From: Girardia tigrina
Lineage: Eukaryota
Assembly: GCA_001938485.1 (NCBI GenBank)
Contig: MQRK01236706.1
Location: 1 to 56,201, forward strand
Direction: 5' to 3'
Length of the DNA: 56,201 bases
Numbering within the stretch: the first letter of the stretch is position 1; every line of letters starts with the position of its first letter. The position numbers were made by a program, and so were the translations under genes. The notes under the pieces are model-generated. The model did no database searches. It saw nothing but the letters and a program-made list of their open reading frames with translations, and was not told where the DNA came from. Of this stretch, positions 1 to 12,400 are shown in pieces.

Positions 1-28
1 GCTAGGGACCCGGCGGCCAATCGGAAGC

Positions 29-131
29 GTTGGTAAGGCGATCGCGACCGTTGCCATGGTAACCGTGACCGTTGCTAAGGTGATCGCGACCGTTGCCATG
101 GCAACCGTGACCCCCCCCCCGGGGGGGGTCA
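29..131. repeat. GC-rich tandem repeat (2 x 42 bp, 21-bp sub-period) carrying RFX X-box motifs, followed by a TGA-C10-G8-TCA near-palindrome
   Basis: Units at 29-70 and 71-112; GTTGCCATGGTAAC at 50-63 and GTTGCCATGGCAAC at 92-105. Confidence 0.75.
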
Positions 132-399
132 TGTGGGGAGAATGCCCATTTTTCCCCTACTAATAATATGTCAAGATAAAGACAAAGAGAAAATTTCAGT
201 TGCTTTAAAGTAAGATTAATTAACAAAAATTATAGAGAATTAGCATAAAGTAACAAAACAACTTCAAAATGTTATTGATTTTATTAATTGTAACGACATT
301 TATTTTGAATGTTCGAATATTTGTTGTTTATATAATAGAAATTATGTTTGCATTAATTTGAATGTTAAGGCCATGTCATTAGGGTTATCACAAAAAAAT

Positions 400-910
400 T
401 TTGAGTTTTTTCATGAGTAAATTTCATGAGAAATCATTGTGGTCGCCTAAAGTAACATTATTCCTTGGCTTCACAAGAGAATTCATGCTCAAATCTCTTT
501 TCTTTAAGGATCATTGTGGTGAGACTTGTACCGTTACAGCTGACAGATTTCAACATAATGATTCTTCATTATGTTATTCAACAATTAAAATCAAAGAAGA
601 AATTCTCAGTAAAAATTTTTCAGCAGGATGATGCCACACCAAATATAGTTAACAAAACAAAACTTCTTCAAAGACAGTTTGGTGATAGGCTTTTCGGAAA
701 ATGTTTGGACTTTTCATCGCCTTCCAGAGTTAACGACCTGAATCCATGTGACTTTTAGGTCTAGAGAATGCTAAAATGCAATGTTTATAATTTAACTCCA
801 ACAGAGAATTGAGCAAGCACTTTCAGCAATTCCAAACAATATACTGCACTCTGTTGTGTACAGCGTTATTTAACGTCTACGTTTATGTAAAGCTGAAGAG
901 TATAGACATT
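400..910 (+). mobile_element. Degenerate Tc1/mariner-superfamily (DD41D/maT-like) transposase remnant
   Basis: FQQDDAT...FGDRL...DLNPCDF resembles the QQDGA / WPPRSPDLNPCDF catalytic motifs; frameshifted. Confidence 0.6.
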
Positions 911-1276
911 TATTCACACATTCAACTTCATAAATTCTTAACTTAAGGGTTACATTTTCATTTATTCATAATTGCTATGACCTGCTATGAGCCTTTATTT
1001 CATGCTGCATTGAAGTTTTTATGTTACTTTAATCTAACCCACTATAATCAGAATTAATTGATGGCTTTTATGATTTAATCAGAAAGAATATCATAAAAAT
1101 GCCTCTCAGTAATTTTGAAAATGTATCTCATTTATATTACTTAAAGGGAATCCACCTAAAAGAAAGTAAAATAATAAAATGATTATATGGCTAATTTAAA
1201 AGATATTTCTGAAATAAGTATTCGTAAAAGAAGTACATTACATAAAATCTTTTATTAGAAAATAGTAAAAAATTAC

Positions 1277-1362
1277 TCTTTAAAATCTATCGGTTCATCC
1301 TTTGGGTGGTTTGATATTCGTTGCTGTAGCAGGTCTATTCCGTCGGAGATCAGAGGAGTCAT
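1277..1362 (-). CDS. CYP gene B exon 5
   Basis: [32 protein letters not shown] boundaries. Confidence 0.88.
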
Positions 1363-4300
1363 CTAAAGTTTATGGAATACCATCTTTAACAATAACTGAC
1401 AACAAAAAGTCACGATTTTATTAATATAATCATCATTCAAGTGTTCAATCATGTTGCTCATTCATACATTCAAATCATACCAACTTATTCTGATATTAAG
1501 TGTCTCAATATTAATAAATTTAGTAATTTTAAATAATAAATGTATAATGTGTAATCAATGCAACTTGAAATGCAACCTTCAGAAAGTAACTTTTGAAAAT
1601 TTAAAGAATGTTATTTTTCTCCATTATTTTTAAAAAAAATTGTTAATAAACTCAAGCTTTCAAAATAAAAATTATTACTTAGTTTAAAAATAAAGGAAAA
1701 CAGTGAAAAAACACAAAGCTTAAGGGACGAAAAATTCAAAGCACACGAAAAACGAAGAAATGTTAGAGACCAAAAAGTGTCCGGTTTGGCAAACAACAAA
1801 GAAGGACATTTTAGAGGAAAATGTTTAAATGTGAAGTGTAGTCATTGTTATAGAATGAAACACTTAAAAATGCGTTGTCGCATAGACTCGAGGAAGAAGA
1901 GCTAAAAGCTCAAATGTTAATTCATTGCATTGATGATGAAGATGTTGTTTGTGAAATTAAATTACGGAAACTAAAGAGTGTCAAGGAAATATCTGAGTTC
2001 GTTGCACTCGTAGACGAAATAAACCACGAAAAGAAGAGCAGGATCAATGCTGTCCGAAGTTATCGAAAGGTTGTTCAAAACAACAGGGCTCCTGAGGTAA
2101 CTAAAAAATGGGTAAATCAGAGTCAGTCGAGAAAACAACTCCTAAGAGAGGAATCAACCTCCAAATCAGAGTTCAAATGTTATACTTGTCATTAACCAGG
2201 ACATTTCAGCCGAAACTGCCAACAAAGAAGACATGTGCAGTGTTGGAATTGTAAAGAGACTGGGCACATCAGTCGAAACTGTCCTAACAGACAGCCATTG
2301 GTTTGTTTCTTGTGCGGAAAAAGGGACATAGGTGAACTCAATGTCCAGAGATACGCTGTGAAAAATGTGGCCTAAATGGGCATCTAGCAGCGGCATGTTT
2401 AGGGAACTCTATCAGACAGAATTATGGTTACGACAATGGAAGATCGAGAATGCAGAACAATGATCGAAAATTTAAAATCAACACGATGAACGAAGATGAA
2501 GAACGCACATTTGATGATAATGAAGAAAAAAATGACAAGACGTACCCAAACGACTGGGCTCCGCCAATTGTGGAGTTGGTGGGAGCCGAGTGCCACTGAT
2601 CTTAGAAGATAATTCCCATGGATTCGGATGCGAGCTGGATGTGCGAACGATGAATAAGGTCTATGGATTTGTGAAAAAGAAATTTGAGCAAGTATTCTAT
2701 GTTAACACGTTGATTGAGGATCAGAAATCAGAGATATGTTATAGTAAAATGCAGGGGCGTCCGAGCGTTACAGTGGAAATTCAGGGGAAACAGTGGGAGT
2801 GTTTGTTGGATACAGGAGCAGGTGTTAATGTTATGAGTAAGAAGTATTATCAAGATTTAAATAATTTGGTGTTAGAAAAATGCGATATCAATTTGAGAGG
2901 TGCCAACTATGGAAAATTGAAAGTATTGGGTAAAATAGAGGTTGAAGTAAATGTATGTCAGACAAGGAAAGCAGTACCATTTATTGTTGTGGAGAGTGTG
3001 GTTCCGGAACTGATAGGAGGTATAGTCTACATGAAAATTTTCGGTTATTCCATACAAAGAAATGAACCTCAAGACAATAATGCATCAAGGGAAGCACGTG
3101 GAAGTGTGTGTAACATCGAGACGAAATTCGGCAGGGTGATAAGGCCAGGAGAGAGATTAAAAAGAGCGTTAGATTGCATTGGTAAAGTAGATTCAAAACT
3201 ATTAGATGTCATTCAAAATCAGGCAGAAGTATTCAGGGCTGACAAATGGGATATCGGATGTACCAGTTTAGCAAAACATCATATTAAGACGAATGGAGAG
3301 CCAATTAATTTAAAACCTTTTCGTCAACCAATGCATCTCGAAGAAAAAATCATGGAGACTATAAAGAATTTGTATGATAATAATATCATTCGGAAGTGTA
3401 ATTCACCTTGGAACACACCATTAATTTGTGTGTGGAAAAAAGAGAAGAAAGATATTCGTATCTGTTTGAATTTTAGGCGTTTAAATGCAATAACGAAGAG
3501 ACAAGCTTTTCCGATACCCAATGTTGATGAGATGTTGGATGCTTTAGGAGGTGCAAAGTATTTTAGCTCGATTGACCTTGGAAATGCTTATTATCAGGTT
3601 GAGCTGGACGAAGAATCTCAAGAGAAAACGGCCTTTTCTACAAAGCAAGGACAGTATTTTTTTACTCGTATGCCGTTTGGTATAGCGGCTACACCGGGAA
3701 CTTTCCAAGAGATGATGACAAAGGTAGACGGAGGAATCCAGGGTGCCACTGTATACTTAGATGATATCTTGGTATACACAAAAGATCGGGAGCAACACTA
3801 TATTGTTTTGAATCAAGTTTTAGATAATATTAGGAAAGCAGGATTGCGGGTGAACCCANNNNNNNNNNNNNNNNNNNNNNNNNNNNNNNNNNNNNNNNNN
3901 NNNNNNNNNNNNNNNNNNNNNNNNNNNNNNNNNNNNNNNNNNNNNNNNNNNNNNNNNNNNNNNNNNNNNNNNNNNNNNNNNNNNNNNNNNNNNNNNNNNN
4001 NNNNNNNNNNNNNNNNNNNNNNNNNNNNNNNNNNNNNNNNNNNNNNNNNNNNNNNNNNNNNNNNNNNNNNNNNNNNNNNNNNNNNNNNNNNNNNNNNNNN
4101 NNNNNNNNNNNNNNNNNNNNNNNNNNNNNNNNNNNNNNNNNNNNNNNNNNNNNNNNNNNNNNNNNNNNNNNNNNNNNNNNNNNNNNNNNNNNNNNNNNNN
4201 NNNNNNNNNNNNNNNNNNNNNNNNNNNNNNNNNNNNNNNNNNNNNNNNNNNNNNNNNNNNNNNNNNNNNNNNNNNNNNNNNNNNNNNNNNNNNNNNNNNN

Positions 4301-7300
4301 NNNNNNNNNNNNNNNNNNNNNNNNNNNNNNNNNNNNNNNNNNNNNNNNNNNNNNNNNNNNNNNNNNNNNNNNNNNNNNNNNNNNNNNNNNNNNNNNNNNN
4401 NNNNNNNNNNNNNNNNNNNNNNNNNNNNNNNNNNNNNNNNNNNNNNNNNNNNNNNNNNNAAAGGATCTTTGCACACGAATGCTGATATGCTTTCAAGGAT
4501 GAATTGTGATACGTGTACTCAATGTTTGACGCAACACGAGGAAGCTAAGAAAGAAAAAAATCAAGACGCGTGCACTGGGTGTTGTATCAGAAGATGACAC
4601 CACAAAGCCACTCAAAGATATTATCTGGGAAACCCATCGGATGTTGGCACACGCGGGTGCAAGAAAAGTTGAGTATTATTTAAGAGACTCTAAGGATTTT
4701 GACAAGCTGAAAGGTAAGATCAAAGAGATTNTACGNAGTTGTGAATCATGCCAAAAGTATAAAACATATACGGCAAAAACAAAAGAGAACACGATAAAAT
4801 TAGAAGCTGCCGAGGTTTTTGAATGTATTTATATGGATATTTGTGGACCGTTGAAGGAGACTTCTGGGAAAAAGAAATATATTCTAGGTATCATTGATCA
4901 GTTCAGTAAATAAATTACGTTATTAGCAATATCGAAACAAGATGAAGAGTCGATAATAAAAGGAATAATGCGGAATTGGATAGTGAAATTTGGTTCACCC
5001 AAGGCGATGAATGTGGATTGGGGTAAGGTTTTTGAATCAAAAAAGATGAAAGAGTTCGCAGAGAAACAGAATTTTGAAATTAGATTCTCCAGCCCATATA
5101 TATCATCATAACACCAACGGACAAATTGAACGACAATTCCGTACGGTGAGAGAATTGATAAATGCAACATTACATGAAAGAAAAAGTTCCGACTGGGCAG
5201 AAATTCTACCAGAGATCGAGTTCTCATTAAATGCCACATTACAGACGACTATCGGGATGAGTCCAACTGAAATCATTTTTGGAAGACGCATTAGCAGGGA
5301 GAAATGGGATGGAAAAAATAGCAAGACATTTCAATATGAGCGGGACCAGAAGCCTATCACGCGACGACAATTCTTCCCAGGAGATGATGTATTGGTAAAA
5401 GTAGAATCTCGAACAAAAGATCAAGGGAGATACGACGGGCCATATAAAGTAGTTCGAAAAGTACATGATAGAAGATATGTTCTTGAAGATATGTCTGGTA
5501 AAACATGTGAAAGAAATGTGGAGAAAATTAAAAAATTCTTGTGTGCGGGGGTGTACGAGAATGTTGTTGTTAATTTTTTAATTTTCAGAAATAAGAATTT
5601 TGGTTTTTAAAAATTTCGAATTATAATCGAAATTAAAAAAAATAATAGAAAATAGAAATAAAAAAAAGAAAAGAAAAAAAGTAAATTTGTTTAAATAACA
5701 AATTTAAACTGTGGTAGATTAATAAATTTTTGCAAGTTTTTAATTTGTTTTGATTTAGAATGGAAGATAATTCCCAACCTAACAATCAAATATATGAAAG
5801 ATTTCAAGATGAAAGAAGCCGAAAGACGTATGCACCATACAAATGATTCAGAACTCATAAATTACGACATTGTACAACTAAAATTGATAATTGAAAGAAT
5901 ACTGAAAACGATATAATTTTAATTCTATTTATTACAACAATACATCATCACTTAGACGTGGAAGCATGTTGCATATTTTTTTCAGTCTCCTCAAATATAT
6001 CAACAGCGAAGAGTGAAATTTAAATTTATTTTAGTCTTTATAGTCCGAAATAAAATGTGATTTTTAAAAATCGTTTTTTTATATTATTTATTTGTTATTT
6101 TGATCACTTATAATTTTTTTTATTATTTTGCAAAGGTTCTTTCTCATCTAGAATATGTCAAATAATTTTTATTCAAATATTAGAGTCCCTATTTATTCAA
6201 TAAAATAACTATTGTTAGCTCAAAACAAAAAGCAAATTCTATTACTAAAAGAACAATGTTTAAAATATTATTTGTCATTTTTAATTTTATTTATACAATG
6301 CAGTCATTGTTCAAGAGTTAATTTATGTAAATAATTTTAAAATTTTATATAAAGTTATTTAAACACATAATTCTCAGATAAAATCAATTAAAAATTAAGC
6401 TATTAATTAAAAAAAATAAATAAAATAAAATAACATGTTGATAAAATCACACTAAATCCAATGCGGTTACTTTTAGGGGGATGGTATTTGGTAGGCGCAT
6501 AAATCTTTGTACATTACATTTAATTTTATTATCTAAGGCTGCTGATTTGCATTTGTTGTTTGAAATTTTATTTAGTGCTATCTTATTGTGACTCAAAGGA
6601 AATAGGAGTGTGGTATGAAAGAAACGCTTGTAAGCAATAAATTTCTGATTGTGAAAAGGATTGAAGATTTTTAATCTCCCCGAACAGTTCTTCTGGATCA
6701 GTGTATCTTTCCTTGAATCGCCGTGATACTTGGAATTTACCTGGGTACACATTTGCACATAACTTCTATCAGAAAGATCACTCAATAATTGTTTACATAT
6801 GAAAGACTGCCTTTCCTTTAAATATTGTCATTACTCTCTCTGACTTCAATTCGGTCGGAAAATCATTTTGATTTCCATTTCTGGGTTTCCACCTTCCGCT
6901 TTGAGAATCTCAGCAATGACCCTCATTCCTTCGTGATACTTTTCCATTACTTAGCTGTTATATTGATACTTTTACTTCTAAAATTGGTTGACTTTCATCG
7001 AACACTGATTACATGCCAAAATTAGTCATGTCAGCTCACTCAATAAGACATCTGGATTGAACTTTTTGGAAGAATATTTTTCCAATTCTTCGTTCTTGAT
7101 CGTTGATACAGTAATTAAATTCATTATGACCAAAAAATCGTATACCTAATGAAGTGTGTTCCTTCCTTTCGATTTTCAATTGATCTTTCAACTGCGTAGC
7201 AAATAAGGGTATAAAATGTATTTGTTTTCATGACTGGGACGATATATTAGTTGATCCGGTTCATCAATAACACTTACAAGCAATGTTTTCGTCATTGCGA

Positions 7301-9397
7301 CACCTTTAGCCTTAGTGAATCTACCTATTAATGACGCTTTAATTGTTTCGGAAGTCTAATATTCTTATCCAGAATTGTTCATTTTTATCTGCAAATGTTC
7401 CTTGATATCCCATTTCTCTAGCAGTGTCAGATACGTTTGCTTTCCATTTCCGTCACTTTGTCAAACGTTTGACATGACTCAAGGTTAAATATTACACAGT
7501 AGAGATCTGATTCACAGTCATATTGAGATTTTTATAACCATTTCTCATTTTTTAATGATTTTTTCTCCGAGAAAAAAGTTTAGTAACTCCCATTCTATCG
7601 TTTCATGGTGGGGCTAACTTGTACTTATATTTAATTTTTGTTTATGTTACTTCGTTTCACAACTTTCTTCAATAGGATTATGATCTCAGAGGTATGATTA
7701 AAATTAGTAAACTGTTCAATGCAATATATCAAATGGTCTGCTTCTACATATAATAAATATTATATTTGAGAGTTACCGCTTCAAGTTAGTGTAAAGTGAT
7801 TTAAAACATGCCGTTTTCGATGCATCATGGTAACTGTAATGGATGGGAAATTTTGATATATTTTTCTCTACCATTAACGTTATTGAATAATTAGATAAAG
7901 AGATGAATAATATTTATTTGGAACACAATAGACACCAGATTGTCATGAATATAATTAATTGTCAAATCATTCGCTGACAATAAGTATATTTTTGGTCAAG
8001 TCCAAATGATGGAATTTGATGGAAGTCCAAAATATGGAATTTGTTGTACAAATGCTGATTTCTCTGTTTAGTGTGTTACTAAACATTTGTCGGGTGAACT
8101 CGCAATGCAAGTGGTTTAGGTGCAGGTAGTTTGGTGGAAATTCGTCGGCGAGAATGCCATGTGAGACGAATTTCCAGTTCCGGCTAAACTAGAAAACCCG
8201 GTGAAATGGATAATGATCCAGTTAGATGTTTCACAGACAAACAATGGAGAAATCAGCTTGTAGATTTTTCCAGAGACTAAAATCAACAGATTTCGAATTA
8301 TCCAGAATATTTTGGCATTGAGTAGGAACAACATTACTTCGACATATGATTTCACATCATGCTCTTTTGTTGGCAATTATCAATCGCAGCACTTTAATCC
8401 GAAAATCTGCATTGTGATGGTTGTCCGACGAGATTGCGATATTTGACTGAGAATCTCATTCCCATTGTCGTGTGAATGAAGATGGATAACGCGAAGGACG
8501 CGTAACGTAAATTCCAAATATTCAATGTCATATATTGGACGTTATCTGCAGGTTACGACATCATTTGTAAAGACAGAACGAATATATCCAACTATTTGAT
8601 TGTTTGGTTTATTATTATTGAATCGATAAATAATAATTAATTTTCATATACTGTCGTTCTCATTTAATAGCGTGATAGTGTCATTAATTAGCAAAATTTT
8701 CTTTGTTATTTGATTGTATGTACTTATTTTTAATTTACTAATTTTTCATTTTTATGTTAATATTTATGTTAATATTATATTTAAGTACAGAAATGAATTA
8801 CAAAAATAACACATCAATCTCCAAAAATGTCTATCTGTTTTATGCAGCTTGGAAAAAATATCTCCATTGGTTATGTTGAAAATCTTCAACATACTTCATT
8901 CGGAGATTTTTCACTCTCTCGGAATTTTTCTCCTCAACGGATCCATAGATCTTTTTGATGGAATAGAATTTCCCCGAAAGAAATCTGTCAACCGTCGAAA
9001 TTGAGCAAATCACATTAAATTGCTCCTGCAAAAATTGCTTTAATTCCGATAACGTTGATTCGGGCATGCTTTCTAAATGTTCCAGAAGCTTATTACCCAT
9101 TTCTTCATTTATTATGTGCAGAAATATCTGATAAAATATACTCCATTTTTAATTTATTGTCTTTTTGAATCAATAAAAATTTTTGCTAATTAATGGAGCG
9201 CTTGCTAATGAATGCAAATAAATTATGTGTGCTCNNNNNNNNNNNNNNNNNNNNNNNNNNNNNNNNNNNNNNNNNNNNNNNNNNGCAAATCTTTGTGATT
9301 TTATCCAATTGGAATTAGGTCAGTCTATTTTTAGGTAAGCTTTATTATATAACTTGCTAATTAATGACAATATCACGGTATTAAATGAGAACGACAG

Positions 9398-9446
<49 letters not shown>

Positions 9447-12400
9447 TAGTAGCTGGCTAAAACAGTAACCACTATCAAAAAATTATAATCCTTAACTTAT
9501 AGTAGTTTTACTATATTGACTTTCGTTTTGAATATTCTATCTGAATAAGTCACAAATTGAATGCGGGATTTCAATATATATTTTCCCTCCCATTTCTTCA
9601 TTTCACTGATTGGTGGTCAAATTTTAAATTAGGTCTACCCTTCATATCTTGTAATAACACCGTATTTATGTATCTCCATTGTTATGAATACTGAGGTAAT
9701 GTCACGATTGGATCACCAATAGTTTATTGTCGAATATTGTCTGTGGTTTATGCTAATACAAGAATATCGTATGGAATGTTTGTAATGATTTATTTAGAAA
9801 TATAGTAATCAGAATAGGGAATTTCGTTCTATGATGAATTACTATTTTCAATTATTATCGTCGTCGGAAAAGTAAGGTAAGTAAATATTATACTAGTCAC
9901 AAACAAAAATAAATAACGTTTCTTGAATAGACTGACGACCAACAACAATTTCGTCAGTTATAATTTTTAATTGTATTATGGATTTTTTTTAATCCATAAT
10001 TTTCAAATTCTAATTCATAATTCGCTTATGACTACATATTCGTAGTCAAGCGAATTATAATTCAAAACTGAATTAATAATTATAACTGACAAAAAAAAAT
10101 AAAGGCCAAATAAAAAACAAAAAGTGAATAATAATTAATAAATAAAATGCGTATAACCATGGACAAATAAAAATGGAAAATAAACGATACTGAAGGTATA
10201 AACTATACACACGCACATTTAAATATCGTATACTAACAAATATCAAACCCATGGTACTTTAAGTGGATAGTGGATTCAAATACTATGTATTTGAATTCAC
10301 TATAAATACCATTAAATTCCATTTGTTGAGAGTAATTTTCTCATCCTACAAACTTTTTAGTTAAAGTATTAAACCGGGATATTAATAAAAAAATGAGAAA
10401 GGGGTTTAAGAAGGTGCTAGAGCGCTGATGATACCTTCACATTGTTTCCTCCGAATAATTTAACTCAACATTTCAGATGGAATAGAATGAAGGTATACAT
10501 CAAGCTAACAGATTTCCTCACAATACTGCTCAGCCCAAATTTAAGTTTCAAACCTGATGAATTCATAAGGCATCACTGCAAAGCTATCTTATCATCGACA
10601 GCTGGCTCCTCATGGTTTGCAGCTGTACTCAAGCTCGAATACGACAGATTAGCCGCACGGCATTTACAGCCTACTTATCAGTTAGCCTCCTGAGTAACTT
10701 CTGGCTCACTGATACTACGAATCCACTGCCGACAAACAGTAGCTTGTCGACCTTTCAGAAACTTTCGCTTAGATCCGGACTCAAACATTCCTAATTCCCT
10801 AGGGACACTAATTGGAAGCATGTGTGACTGACGTGCAAAATCGTCTCTGTAGTTGAGAGTATGTATTTGAAACCTTGACAATTATATTTATAAAACAGAT
10901 TATCTTGCAACTCATAAACCCTTTTTGATTTGCTTGAAAAGCCACACAATCCCCAATTTAATATTCAGATTGAGCAAAGTAAAGACCTCTTAATACTTTA
11001 AATCTTTGATTTAATAATATTTATATAATATTTTGTATATTTTATATTTTTGAAAAATAATGTAGTTAAAGCTATTATAAGAAATTGATTTCTCTTAATT
11101 TAATTCTTTCTTAACCATGTTTGTGTGCATAATTTGTCAAATGTTACTTTAATATAATGATTTATCTGTTTTTTTACTACGTATTGTCCATAAAGCATTA
11201 TATAAAAATATTTAAACAAAAATATTTAAATAAAAAATATTTAAATAAAAATAAATTAAATAAAAATATTTAAAAAAATATGCAATATCAAAATTTAGAG
11301 ACAAATCCATAACTTTCTCTTTTTTATGCCTTTTCTATATTTTTTTCTCACAAAAGCTCTATGTTAAGAACAAAGAAATCCTTACAATATCATATTCGGA
11401 ATGATTAAAAACATTTTAAAAGAGTGGTTTTAATGACATTTCAAATTTAAAGCTTCCTCTCAAATAAACTCAAAACGATTTGTGCATTGCACGCTAACCT
11501 GATCGTTAAAATAAATTGCATCGGCTGTAAAATCTCCTACATTGAAGAGACAAATCGACACCTCAAAACCCGAATTAGTAAACATTCACAATCGAATCGA
11601 GCGAGCAATGTTCTTAATAATTGTTGTATTGTAAAGAATAGAATCTCTTCTGTTTTAAAGGATGTGTTTTCTGTTTTACCGAAGGGTAATTATTCACATT
11701 ATGAGATACGGTTATGTGAATCACTACGACTCATAATTTAATATTCAAAATGGGAAAATGAAAGCATTGCGATTTCTTAAGATTTTTAATTAATATAAAT
11801 ACAATTTTTGTCATTAATATCCAATTTAATTTAGAGAATATGTATATTTAAAAAATTATTTTACTAATACACTTGAATTCGTTTTCTAGAATATAATTTT
11901 TTTTAAGTTTCGATTTTTAAACTTATGTTTCAAAATATTTAGAAAGTATTTTATGATGATTAACACCATTGGATAAATTGTAAATTACTAATTAAAAATA
12001 AAATAGAAAAAAACAAAATAAATTATAAATACCTTTCGAAGTTTTCCTGAAGTAAATGTAGGAGTAATTAAATTTCTAACTCTTTCCCAATCTTTTCCCT
12101 TTAAAGTAGTCAACATTTTTGAAGTTATCTCATTATTCATATTGAGATCCTATAATAAATTGTATATTATTACAGAAAATTTTTTATTTATTTATGGTTT
12201 TATTGAATTGTTATAGAAGGTATTACTTTATCAACAAAAACCATCAAACAAATTATTGAATTTATGTTAACTAATTATTCATAATTATTATTTTTTTATT
12301 ATTTTATTAATATTTAAATCTGTAAATCTGGATCAAGCTGTAAAGTAACTAAAATAAAAACTGGTTAGTTCTTATTTTATTTGCTTGGAGAAATTAGAAT

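Noticed and set aside
3858-4459. Long ORFs spanning N runs (also 23836-24728)
   Set aside because: Assembly gaps. The 399-aa ORF joining Penelope and mariner pieces is an artefact, not a fusion protein.
6440-8580. Coding-like degenerate stretches (also 10430-10880, 13480-13900, 36100-36500, 47900-48300)
   Set aside because: No diagnostic motifs; likely old TE debris and unassignable without a search.
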